A stretch of 64,000 nucleotides of DNA from Gemmatimonadaceae bacterium. GTDB taxonomy: Bacteria > Gemmatimonadota > Gemmatimonadetes > Gemmatimonadales > Gemmatimonadaceae. Numbering within the stretch: position 1 is the stretch's first letter; the number at the start of each line of letters is the position of its first letter. The notes under the pieces are model-generated. The model was not told the origin of the DNA. It saw only the letters and a program-made list of their open reading frames with translations, and made no database searches. Positions 10,489 to 19,929 of the stretch are shown here, one piece after another. The stretch covers positions 9,986-73,985 of the forward strand of contig JANRJP010000096.1 of NCBI GenBank assembly GCA_033763905.1. Reading direction: 5' to 3'. The position numbers and the translations under genes were made by a program.

Positions 10489-13400
10489 CGGCGATCTGCT
10501 CGGCGACGACTCGGCCGAGTTCATCGAGGTTGACGGGCTTCTGGAGCACGGCGGTGTCCCCCGGCAGGTCGAGTTCTTCTGGGAGCCGTTGCGCGTACCC
10601 GGTGATCAGCACCACCGGCATCGCCGGCAGCTGGCGTCGGATTTCGCGGATCAGCAGATCCCCGGTCATCCCCGGCATCATCTGGTCGGTGACGACGGCA
10701 TCCACCATCACGTTGCCGCGTGTCACCAGATCGAGTGCGGCGCGCGGATCGTCGAAGTCGTGCACCACGAAGCCCATCGCACGCAGGGCGCGCGCCGAGA
10801 CCATCCGCACGGCGGGTTCATCGTCTACCAGCACTACGTGTTCGCCCGCCCCCAATCGCGGCAGCAGCGTGCCGCGGCCGTCCGACGCACGCGCGGGCTG
10901 ATCGGCGCCCACCGCGTCGTCAGCGGCGCGCGGCAAGCGTAGCTCGAACCGTGTGCCGACGCCCGCCGTGCTCTCGACCTGCACGGTGCCTCCGTGGGAC
11001 GTGATGATGCCGTGCAGCACGGCAAGGCCGAGCCCGGTGCCTTCGCCCACCGACTTGGTCGTGAAGAACGGCTCAAAGATCCGCTCACGCACCTCGGGCG
11101 GAATGCCGGTGCCCGTGTCCGCGACGGTCACCACGACCCAGTCGTCGCCCTCTGCGCCCTGCGCCTCGTCGACGCGGACCGTGAGGACGCCGCCGTTGGT
11201 GCGCCGCATCGCGTGCTCCGCATTCGTAAGCAAGTTCAAGATGGCCTGCTGCAACTGCGTGGAGTCCCCAAGCACCACCGCCGGACGCTCCGGCGCACTG
11301 ACGCGCAGTTCCACGCTCGCGGGAATCGCCGCCCGAGCCATATCGCGCAGGCCATACACCAGGGCGCCCACGTCCACGCGCTCCGTACGCGCGCGAGTGC
11401 GTCGGCTGAACGTCAGCATCTGCCGCACGAGATCCCGCGCGCGGTCGGAGGCTGTGAGCACCTGCTTGAGCTCCTGTTGCACCGTGGCGCCATTCCGCCC
11501 GAGTTCGATCGCCAACTCGGTGTTGCCGCGGATGACCGACAGCAGGTTGTTGAAGTCGTGCGCGATGCCACCGGCCAAGGTGCCGATCGACTCGAGCTTT
11601 TGTGCTTCGCGCAATTGATTCTCGAGCTGGATCCGCTCGGCCTCGGCAGCGCGGACGGCACTCAGATCGCGGAGTACCAGATGTTCGAGGGACCCCGACG
11701 CCGTGGGAATCGTCGTCCGCGTCTGTTCGACCGGCACCTCGGTGCCATCAGCTCGCAGGATGATCCGCTCGATGGCGCCGGTGTCGGCGGCACCGCCGGT
11801 GACGTTCCCGCCCGACGTATGGCGCGTCAGGTGTGACGCCCGCTCCATCAGCGCCACGAGATCCTTCACGCCGAACAGCCGCTTCGCGGCTTCATTCGCC
11901 GCAATGAGCGTGTCGCCTTCGAACAGCAGATGCCCGTCGGCGGAACGGTCGAAGAGCGATCGGAACTTGCGCTCGCTTTCGAGCAGCGCGCGCTCGTTGC
12001 GCTCCAGGTCTTCGGCCCGCGTCTTGAGCACCTGCACCCGCGCGCGATACGCCAGGGTCGCGATCGCGCCGAGGAGGGCGAGCACCGCCAGTCGCACCGG
12101 CCAGCTCTGCCACCAATGCGGCGCGACGCGGAAGGCGAAGGGCGTGAGCACCGCTTCGCGGCCGCGCCAGTCGCGCGCCCGGGCGTGCAGCTCGTACCAG
12201 CCCGGGCGGAGCGCGCCGAACGTGTACGTCGTGCGAGGCGAGAACGCCGAGGGGGGCAGATCGCTTCCACGCAGCTCGATCGAATACGTGGTGTTGTACT
12301 CGCGATGATAGCTCTCGAGCGCGAGCTCGACGCTCACGGCGCCCCATCCAGCGGGAACCACCGCGCCCGAGGTGAGCGGTTCCGCACGCTCGCCGGCCGT
12401 CACTCGCACGACGAGCGGTGCGGGCGTCGTCGCGGGAGCAAAGCGTGGATCTGCCGGCGCCGGCACGTGGCCCAATCCGCGCACCGTACCCACCCACACG
12501 CCACCCGCGCCGTCCGGCAGCAGACTCATCGCGTCACTCGAGGGCAAACCATCTTCCTCGGCGTAGTGCGACTCCACCCGCAGCGAGTCCGGCGCCAGAA
12601 AACGGAATGCCGCCACGCCTTCGGGACCGGCAATGTAGAGTCGATTCCCGGTCGCAGCGGCAGACCAGACATAGTTGCCGACGATCCCCGGATGCGTCGA
12701 GGCGTTCACTTCGTGCCACGGCCCGTTCGGGAGGCGCCGCCACGCGAAGCCCCGTGCGGCCGACGACACCGTCAACACCTCCCGACCATCGAGCGTGACG
12801 ACGCGCACATCGTTAAGGAGCGAGTTCCCGAGCGGAAAGCCTGCGTCCCGTCGCCACGCGCCCTTGGCATCCCGCGCGTACAGTCCGGTGCTCGCGGAGG
12901 CCCACCACACGCCATCGGCCGTCACCGCCACACCGGTCACTTGCGTCGCGGCCAACGCGGTGTCGCGGACCCAGCGCCGACCGGTCCACTCGTAGAGCCC
13001 GTTGTCGCCGGCGCCAAAGAAACGTTGTTCCGTCGCGCGCGCTCCCGGTGCCGTCGCAAAGGCCAAGAGCGGCCGCGCACCGAGGCCCAGGGTTTCTGCA
13101 CGCCACGCGTTGCCCTGCTGCACCGCCGGCCCGCGGGGCGTACTCGCCCAGAACTCTCGGCCCGCCGGCGTCTGCCGCTCGGCGAAGGCCAGCACCGTCG
13201 AGGCAGGCAGGCCGGGAGCGCCAAACCCCGAGAGCGTGCCGCTACGCAGTCGCACCGCGCCGGTCCCGACGGCACCGAGCCACAGTTCGTCCCGTCCATC
13301 ATCGGCACGCCGACGGTGCATCGACCGCAGAAACTTCTGCGACAGGGTGCCCGGCAGCTCGATGCCCATCGCGGGTCCAAGCGACAACCGCGCAAGCCGA

Positions 13401-14386
13401 TCGCCACGCATCCCCACGTAGACCGCCGGTTCGCCGGTTGGTGAGGGCACCGACGCGAGCGCGATGATCGGCGATTGCCGCCCGCGTGGCGTGACCTGCA
13501 CGGTGTCCCACTGCCCGTGACTCTGACGGCGCAACAGCAGCCCGGACCGCGACCCGACCCACAGCTCGCGCTCGCCACTGGCGCGCGTCACCGGCAGCAG
13601 TCGGTACGCCGGCACCCGCGGCATATCGATCGCACGCCACCGACCGTTCCGGCGCTCGAACACACCTTCATCGCCGACCGCCCACAACTCGGCGTCGAAA
13701 TCCGGCGGCGCCACCACCAACTGCTCGACCCCAACCATCGGAAACCCGGTGCTGCGCGAATCGACGAACCATCGCCCGTTCTCATAGCGCGCCACGCCAT
13801 CGGACGCCGAGGCGACCCACAGCGTGTGCCGCTCATCGCGATGCGTTTCGGCGACCATCAAGCCGACGGCGGTGAAGCCTGCGGGCAGCGGGACCGGCAC
13901 GAAGCCTGCCCCCGTCCAGCGCGCAATCCCCGAACTCGCCCCGATGACGACCGTGGCTTCGCCGAAGACGTGCGTCACCGCGATGGAGTAGACCGTCCCG
14001 TCGGGTACGCCCCCGGTCCGTTGATCGAAGAACTCCCACTCCGTGCCACGACGCCGCTCCACCCCCGCGCGCCCCACCGACCATTGCCAGCCGTCGAACT
14101 CGACGAAGCCGCGCGTATGGCGCTTCTCGCCGTCCGGCGCATCGACCTCGACCCATCGCCGGCCGGTATACTTCGATGTCCCCTCGTCGTGGCCAACGTA
14201 GAGCGCGCCGTCCGACGACTGCCACACGGCGAACACGCTGGACTGCGTCAGTCCGTCGCGCGGCGCGAACCACTGCACCGACACGTCATCGGTGCGCAGG
14301 CCCGCGATCGGTGACGCCCACTGCGCCGCGGCGCGGTCGGCCGCGAGGCCGCCGCACAACAGGGTGCCGAGCACGACACGACGCAC
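10472..14386 (-). CDS. Hybrid sensor histidine kinase: periplasmic beta-propeller/Y_Y_Y-like region, PAS, HisKA, HATPase, REC
   Basis: DGLTQSSV and EDGLPSS repeats, TM after PHWWQSW, GGIAHDFNN, NLLTNA, DTGTG, FEPFFTTK, GTGLGL, REC with TDQMMP; start uncertain (track gives 14446). Confidence 0.9.
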   Translation of the reverse strand: MRRVVLGTLLCGGLAADRAAAQWASPIAGLRTDDVSVQWFAPRDGLTQSSVFAVWQSSDGALYVGHDEGTSKYTGRRWVEVDAPDGEKRHTRGFVEFDGWQWSVGRAGVERRRGTEWEFFDQRTGGVPDGTVYSIAVTHVFGEATVVIGASSGIARWTGAGFVPVPLPAGFTAVGLMVAETHRDERHTLWVASASDGVARYENGRWFVDSRSTGFPMVGVEQLVVAPPDFDAELWAVGDEGVFERRNGRWRAIDMPRVPAYRLLPVTRASGERELWVGSRSGLLLRRQSHGQWDTVQVTPRGRQSPIIALASVPSPTGEPAVYVGMRGDRLARLSLGPAMGIELPGTLSQKFLRSMHRRRADDGRDELWLGAVGTGAVRLRSGTLSGFGAPGLPASTVLAFAERQTPAGREFWASTPRGPAVQQGNAWRAETLGLGARPLLAFATAPGARATEQRFFGAGDNGLYEWTGRRWVRDTALAATQVTGVAVTADGVWWASASTGLYARDAKGAWRRDAGFPLGNSLLNDVRVVTLDGREVLTVSSAARGFAWRRLPNGPWHEVNASTHPGIVGNYVWSAAATGNRLYIAGPEGVAAFRFLAPDSLRVESHYAEEDGLPSSDAMSLLPDGAGGVWVGTVRGLGHVPAPADPRFAPATTPAPLVVRVTAGERAEPLTSGAVVPAGWGAVSVELALESYHREYNTTYSIELRGSDLPPSAFSPRTTYTFGALRPGWYELHARARDWRGREAVLTPFAFRVAPHWWQSWPVRLAVLALLGAIATLAYRARVQVLKTRAEDLERNERALLESERKFRSLFDRSADGHLLFEGDTLIAANEAAKRLFGVKDLVALMERASHLTRHTSGGNVTGGAADTGAIERIILRADGTEVPVEQTRTTIPTASGSLEHLVLRDLSAVRAAEAERIQLENQLREAQKLESIGTLAGGIAHDFNNLLSVIRGNTELAIELGRNGATVQQELKQVLTASDRARDLVRQMLTFSRRTRARTERVDVGALVYGLRDMARAAIPASVELRVSAPERPAVVLGDSTQLQQAILNLLTNAEHAMRRTNGGVLTVRVDEAQGAEGDDWVVVTVADTGTGIPPEVRERIFEPFFTTKSVGEGTGLGLAVLHGIITSHGGTVQVESTAGVGTRFELRLPRAADDAVGADQPARASDGRGTLLPRLGAGEHVVLVDDEPAVRMVSARALRAMGFVVHDFDDPRAALDLVTRGNVMVDAVVTDQMMPGMTGDLLIREIRRQLPAMPVVLITGYAQRLPEELDLPGDTAVLQKPVNLDELGRVVAEQIAASVPE

Positions 14387-14397
14387 GACGGCTCCGC

Positions 14398-15315
14398 TTA
14401 GCGCGCGGGGCCCGTGCTGACCGGGGCGTCGGTGAGGCGGCTCCACTCCTGAAAGCTGCCGTCATAGACGCGGGCCTCGCGGCCAGCGAGCCGCGCCGCA
14501 AACCACAACAGGCTCGCCTGCTGCCCGACGTGGCAGTACGTCACCACCGGCGTCCCCTTGGCGGCCCCGGCGGCCGCAAGGAGTCGGTCGATCGTCTTCG
14601 GATCGCGCAGACGGCCGAGCTCACGCGTCAGGGTGTTGAAGGGCACGTTGGCCGCCCCCTGAATGCGCCCGGCACGCGGGAAGCCGTTGTTCGCGACGCC
14701 GGTGAAGAACTCCGGCAGTCGGGCATCCAGCAGCTGCGCCCCCCCTGAACCGACGATGCCGCGCACCTCGGCGGCCGTGGCAAGGACCCGCGTGGCATCC
14801 GTGAGCGTCGGCACGGTAACGCCGACCGCCGGGACTTCCGTGGTCATCGGTCGCATCGCCTCGCGCCACGCCTCGATGCCGCCGTCCAGCACGGAGGCGC
14901 GCGCGTCGAGGCCGGTCGCAGCGAGCGTGAGCAGGAACCGCGTCGCGGGAATCGGCGCGCCCACGATGATCACGCGCGACGTGTTGCTGATCCCGGCGCG
15001 CCCGAACACGCGTGCCAGCGAATCGCGGGGGGGCAATTCGGTGCGCAGACTGTCCGCGCTCGTGACGGCATATCCGGCGAAGGGAATGAAGCGCGCGCCC
15101 GGGATGTGCCCAGCGTCGTACTCCGCTTTATCGAACGCGACGTGCACGACCACCAAGTCGGGCTGCGGCAGACGGCGCGCGAGCCACGCCTCGGTGACCA
15201 GCAGCGGGGCCGGGGGATCATCAGCGGCGCGCGGCTGCGCCGTCACGTCGGGGACAGCGCCCAGCGCGAGCAGGGTCGCGCCCGCAAGGGCCAAGGAGCG
15301 AAGATGAGAGCGCAT
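14398..15315 (-). CDS. Secreted tandem-domain rhodanese/sulfurtransferase
   Basis: Signal peptide, GHIPGA, LDGG, LLDAR, YCHVGQQA, YDGSFQEW. Confidence 0.9.
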   Translation of the reverse strand: MRSHLRSLALAGATLLALGAVPDVTAQPRAADDPPAPLLVTEAWLARRLPQPDLVVVHVAFDKAEYDAGHIPGARFIPFAGYAVTSADSLRTELPPRDSLARVFGRAGISNTSRVIIVGAPIPATRFLLTLAATGLDARASVLDGGIEAWREAMRPMTTEVPAVGVTVPTLTDATRVLATAAEVRGIVGSGGAQLLDARLPEFFTGVANNGFPRAGRIQGAANVPFNTLTRELGRLRDPKTIDRLLAAAGAAKGTPVVTYCHVGQQASLLWFAARLAGREARVYDGSFQEWSRLTDAPVSTGPAR

Positions 15316-15407
15316 GCGCAGGAACGTACGAGCGCAATCCCACAGGGGCGAGGGGACCGGACGCCCCGCGCAGTGTACTATTCGGTTCCGCCGTCCCGCC
15401 CCGACCG

Positions 15408-16280
15408 ATGCCACGTCTTCCGCTGCTCTGCCTTCTTGGTGCGCTCGCCGCCTGCAACGGTGCTGACGCCGACGCCAGCCCCGAACGCCCGGCCCTGCCG
15501 CCCGGGATGCTTCCGGGCAGCCAGCTGACGAACGCCGACGCCCCGCCGCCGTCGGTCCCCTTCGAAAGCGCGACGCCGCGCTACGGGCTCAAGGTGCTGC
15601 GCCGCCATCCGCACGACACCGATGCCTATACGCAGGGGCTGGTGCTGATGGGGAATCGCCTGCTCGAAAGTGTGGGCCGGTACGGGCAGTCGGACGTTCG
15701 CGAGGTGACGATCGCGAATGGCGGCATCGCGCGGCGGACTCGAATGGACGACGCCTACTTCGGCGAAGGCCTCGCGGCGGTCGGCAATCGGCTTTACCAG
15801 CTCACGTGGCGCGCCGAGAAGGGCTTTGTGTACGACGGGAAGACGCTCGCCGTCGTCGATAGCTTTGCCTACCGCGGCGAAGGATGGGGTCTGGCCAGCG
15901 ATGGGCAGTCGCTGTTCATCAGCGACGGCTCGCCCGAGATTCGGGTGCTGTCGTTGCCCGGCTACGCCGTGACGCGCACGATCCGCGTCACCGAAGGCTC
16001 CACGCCAGTGCCCGCGCTCAACGAACTCGAGTTCGTGGACGGCGAGCTGTGGGCGAACGTGTACCAGACCCGCTGGATTGCGCGCATCGACCCGGCCTCG
16101 GGCGCCGTGAAGGGGTGGATCGACACCGACGGCATCCTGACCGCCGCCGAAGCACAGACGGTCAACGCGGCGGGCGGCGTGCCGAACGGCATTGCGTACG
16201 ATGCCGCGTCGAAGAAGCTCTATGTGACCGGCAAGCTCTGGCCGGTGCTCGCGCAGGTCGAGGTTACCGCGCGGCGCTGA
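15408..16280 (+). CDS. Glutaminyl-peptide cyclotransferase (lipoprotein)
   Basis: LAAC lipobox, AYTQGL, FGEGL, QLTW, GEGWGL, LNELE, NGIAYD, TGKLW. Confidence 0.92.
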   Translation: MPRLPLLCLLGALAACNGADADASPERPALPPGMLPGSQLTNADAPPPSVPFESATPRYGLKVLRRHPHDTDAYTQGLVLMGNRLLESVGRYGQSDVREVTIANGGIARRTRMDDAYFGEGLAAVGNRLYQLTWRAEKGFVYDGKTLAVVDSFAYRGEGWGLASDGQSLFISDGSPEIRVLSLPGYAVTRTIRVTEGSTPVPALNELEFVDGELWANVYQTRWIARIDPASGAVKGWIDTDGILTAAEAQTVNAAGGVPNGIAYDAASKKLYVTGKLWPVLAQVEVTARR

Positions 16281-17010
16281 GTTCGCGACGCAGCTCGTCT
16301 CGCGCGGCCAGGATCACGGTCTTCACCCGCTCCCGCAGGCCGGCGAGATCATCGAGCGTCAGGCCGGCCGTTTCGATCGGGGCCAGCACCCGAACCCGGG
16401 CCCGCGCCTTTTGAAACCGGAAGGTGCCCTTGGCCATCGCATCGCGCGTCCCGGCGACCACCATCGGCAGAATCGGCGCGCCAGTCTCGATCGCCAGCCG
16501 GAACGCCCCGTCCTTGAACGGCAGCATCTCGCCGTCGCGTGAGCGCGTCCCCTCGGGAAAGATCATCACGCTGACGCGCTTGTTCAGCCGGTCGCGGGCC
16601 GCCGCCATCGCCTGCACCACGCTGGTGCGCTCGCCGCGACGCAACTGGATGTCCCCTGCCATCCGCATCATCCAGCCGAAGCAGGGAATCTTGAACATCG
16701 TCTCCTTCGAGATCCACTTCATCTCCCAGGGGAGATGCGAGATCAGGAAGATGTCGGCGTAGGACTCGTGGTTCGAAACCGCAACGTAGGGCCGCCGTGG
16801 ATCGGTGACCATCTCGCCCGAGATCTCAAAGCGCCACAGTGGATTCAATCGCACCGACGTGACGCCGAGCAGTCGGAAGGCCCGACCGGCGGCGTAGCGC
16901 CCCCGATCGAACGGCGCCGTCAGCAGCCACGTCAGCGCAACCACCGGCGTGCCGATGATCACGAGACTCACGGTTTCCACCCAGGCCCACCAGTTCAACA
17001 GCGTCAGCAT
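16264..17010 (-). CDS. plsC: 1-acyl-sn-glycerol-3-phosphate acyltransferase (PlsC family)
   Basis: NHESYAD (HxxxxD), IFPEGTRS, FKDGAF; start at ATG 17010. Confidence 0.85.
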   Translation of the reverse strand: MLTLLNWWAWVETVSLVIIGTPVVALTWLLTAPFDRGRYAAGRAFRLLGVTSVRLNPLWRFEISGEMVTDPRRPYVAVSNHESYADIFLISHLPWEMKWISKETMFKIPCFGWMMRMAGDIQLRRGERTSVVQAMAAARDRLNKRVSVMIFPEGTRSRDGEMLPFKDGAFRLAIETGAPILPMVVAGTRDAMAKGTFRFQKARARVRVLAPIETAGLTLDDLAGLRERVKTVILAARDELRRELSAAR

Positions 17011-17062
17011 CCGGGAAAGATAGCGACGCTCGACATTGCGGGCGTCTGTGACAGATTTCGGT

Positions 17063-17452
17063 ATGTCACGATATCTGCTGCTGCTCGCCCTCGCCGCCGT
17101 CGGCTGCGGGGAATCGCTCGACCAACGCATTGACCGTGCGATGGACGGATGCGTCGCCGCCCGCAACCCGGTGTTCGTGGCAGGCGGCGGTGAGACCGCG
17201 CTCGATACGCCCTTGCCGCCGGCCGTCGATTCGCTCGCGAGCACCCTGGCCTACAAGTATCCGTTCGAAGTCTTCCGGGAGATTGCGACGACGGCGAAGA
17301 CGCAGGCGATTCTGACCTGTGCGCTCGAACTCGGCGCGCGATACGATGACTGGGAGACGCGGCAGTGGCTGCGCACGTACCAGCAGCATCCGTCACCCGC
17401 GGTCGCGATCGCGGCGACGCGGCTCCTCGGCCCTGCCGCGTCGAAGCGCTGA
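17063..17452 (+). CDS. Hypothetical lipoprotein
   Basis: MSRYLLLLALAAVGC lipobox; fills the gap between flanking genes. Confidence 0.65.
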   Translation: MSRYLLLLALAAVGCGESLDQRIDRAMDGCVAARNPVFVAGGGETALDTPLPPAVDSLASTLAYKYPFEVFREIATTAKTQAILTCALELGARYDDWETRQWLRTYQQHPSPAVAIAATRLLGPAASKR

Positions 17453-19921
17453 CCCCACGGCATCCAGCAGCTGCGCCGACGAGAATGGCTTCTCGACGAC
17501 GGCGTGTACCATTTCGGCAAGTGACGCGCCGCCCACGGACGCCGAGGCGTATCCGGTGATGCAGACCACCGGCACCTCCGCGCGCGTGCGCTGCAGGGCC
17601 TCGACGACGTCGCGCCCGGAGACGACCGGCATCATCAAGTCCGTCACGACCACATCGAACACTCGTGACGGATCCTCGGCGATGATGATCGCTTCGGCTC
17701 CGCTGGGCACGTCGATCACCGCATAGCCGCCGCGCTCCAGCATCCGCTGCGCCACGCGTCGCACATCGTCCTCGTCGTCTACGAGCAACACAATCGCGCG
17801 CGCCGCGGCCGGCGGCTCCGTCGGCCGATCGAGGGTGCTGCCGGTGGCGACCGCATCGTGCCGCGGCAGTTCCACCCGCATCGTCGTGCCAACCCCGACG
17901 ACCGAGGATGCGCGCACCGTGCCGCCCGAGCGACGCACGATGGCGTCGACCATCGCCAGCCCCAGACCGGTGCCCCGACCGGGCGCCTTGGTCGTGAAGA
18001 ACGGCGTGAAGATCTGCGCCAACACGTCCGAGGGAATGCCGGCGCCGGTGTCTTGCACCTCCAGCACGACGCATCCGGGCGCGTCGCCGGCCACGCCCGC
18101 TCGCCACCGAATCGTGATGGCGCCTCCCTCGGGCATCGCGTCGCGTGCGTTGGTCACCAGGTTCGTCACCACTTGCTCGACCTGCGCGCGGTCGGCAACG
18201 AAGGGCAGCGGCCCGTCGGGGACATCGACCGTCAGCGTGATCGACGGCGGCAGCAGCGGCGCGAGCATCGGGGTGAGGCCGACCGCGATGTCGCGCGCAT
18301 CGAGTGACTCCCGCCGACCGACCGAGGTCCCGCTGAAGCCGAGCAGTTGGCGCGTAATCGCCGCGCCGCGATCCGCCGCGGCTTGGATGTTCGCCACATC
18401 CCCGGCGCCCGGGTGCGTGGGATCGAGATCTTCGGCGATCAAATCGGCGTAGCCTCGCACTGCGGCGAGCGCGTTGTTGTACGCGTGTGCCACGCGGCCG
18501 GCCATTTCGCTCACTGCGTGCAGCTTCTGCGAGTGCCGGAGTCGAGCCTCGAGTTGCAGCTCATCCGTCAAGTCGCGCGCGGTAACCACCCACCCCTGCA
18601 CATCGGGATCGTGCCGACGATCCTGGCCACGCAGATCGAAGGTGCGCGCGCTGCCGTCCGCTCGAGGGATGGTGACTCGCAGACTGCCCGCCTCCGGGCC
18701 CAACTGCTCGAGCCACTGCTTGAACCGCGCCCCGTCGTACTCCGCCAGATACGACGCAAAGTCCACATCGGGGGCACCGATGCCTGCCTCGGCGCCCGAT
18801 GGGCTCGCGTAGCGCGTGCGACCGTCCGGCGCGACCACGATGATTACGTCGCGCGCGCGTTCCACCACCGCACGGAACCGCGACGCACTCAACGCCAAGT
18901 CGCGGGTGAGTTGGCGATTCTCGGCGATCTCCACGCGCTGCCGCACGAGCAGCAGCACCGTCATCGCCGCTGACGCGATCGCGATTGGCAACGCATCGGC
19001 ACTCCCCTCTCGTCCGGCGGAGATGATCAGCAGAACGTACGACGCCCCGACAAAGACCGACGGCGCAATGCCGCTGGGGTAGCGCACCGGCCGTGCCGGC
19101 GAGAGCCGCGGAGCGGTCAGTGGCAGGAACAGCGACGCGGTCGCGCGACGCGGCGTAGGCGCGGCGTTCGCATCGGCGGGCTCCAGCAGGGACCGCGCAC
19201 GCGCGGCCGAGCGCCATTCGAACACCCAGGACGCGAAGAACAGCAGGTCGACCCAGTGACCAGGCAGGTAGATCCCCGCGTTCGCATCAAACGCGTACGA
19301 CGAGATCGCGTCGAGCACCCCCGAGGCCAGCAGCAGGGCGATCCACGCTCGGCGTCCTTCGCCGGCAGCGCGCACGTAGGCGACGGCAAGGCCGGTCAGT
19401 CGCACCCATTCGCCGACGGCCGCCATCACCGACGTTGCACTCATCGGTTCGGGGCGAAGCAGCGCCGGCCGGATCGTGAACTGCCAGCAAATCGCCAGCA
19501 TCGCAATGACGAACAACGCCACATCGAGCCGTGCGCGGTAGTCACGCCAGGACAACGCTCGCCCGCGGCGGAACTGCAGGACACCGATCGTCCAGAGCCA
19601 CGGGCTCAACAAGTGCAGCGCGTCCACCAGCGTCGTGTCGTCACCGCGCGACAAGGCGATGGTCCACCAGACGCCGGTCAGCCAGGATACGGCGCTTCCG
19701 GCAGACAGCCACTGCCACGCCCGTCGCTCATCCCGAGACGCCGAGGGGTGCCGAGAGAGTCGCCATTCGGTCCCCAGCACCACGGCGCCCAGCGCGAAGT
19801 AGCTCGCGTCGACCACGACCGCGAGCACTGACGGCCGTGGCACGATCACCAGCGCCACGCACCAGAGGACGATGTAGCCCCACACGATGCGCTCAGCAGT
19901 CCGGCGTCCGGTCGTCGACAT
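17393..19921 (-). CDS. Multi-TM hybrid histidine kinase (PAS-HisKA-HATPase-REC) with atypical H-box (HAYNN)
   Basis: Multi-pass N-terminus, PAS, GRVAHAYNN, NLVTNARDAM, DTGAG, FTPFFTTK, GTGLGL, REC (VDDE...TDLMMP...EKPF). Confidence 0.88.
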   Translation of the reverse strand: MSTTGRRTAERIVWGYIVLWCVALVIVPRPSVLAVVVDASYFALGAVVLGTEWRLSRHPSASRDERRAWQWLSAGSAVSWLTGVWWTIALSRGDDTTLVDALHLLSPWLWTIGVLQFRRGRALSWRDYRARLDVALFVIAMLAICWQFTIRPALLRPEPMSATSVMAAVGEWVRLTGLAVAYVRAAGEGRRAWIALLLASGVLDAISSYAFDANAGIYLPGHWVDLLFFASWVFEWRSAARARSLLEPADANAAPTPRRATASLFLPLTAPRLSPARPVRYPSGIAPSVFVGASYVLLIISAGREGSADALPIAIASAAMTVLLLVRQRVEIAENRQLTRDLALSASRFRAVVERARDVIIVVAPDGRTRYASPSGAEAGIGAPDVDFASYLAEYDGARFKQWLEQLGPEAGSLRVTIPRADGSARTFDLRGQDRRHDPDVQGWVVTARDLTDELQLEARLRHSQKLHAVSEMAGRVAHAYNNALAAVRGYADLIAEDLDPTHPGAGDVANIQAAADRGAAITRQLLGFSGTSVGRRESLDARDIAVGLTPMLAPLLPPSITLTVDVPDGPLPFVADRAQVEQVVTNLVTNARDAMPEGGAITIRWRAGVAGDAPGCVVLEVQDTGAGIPSDVLAQIFTPFFTTKAPGRGTGLGLAMVDAIVRRSGGTVRASSVVGVGTTMRVELPRHDAVATGSTLDRPTEPPAAARAIVLLVDDEDDVRRVAQRMLERGGYAVIDVPSGAEAIIIAEDPSRVFDVVVTDLMMPVVSGRDVVEALQRTRAEVPVVCITGYASASVGGASLAEMVHAVVEKPFSSAQLLDAVGSALRRGRAEEPRRRDRDRG

Positions 19922-19929
19922 CGACGGCC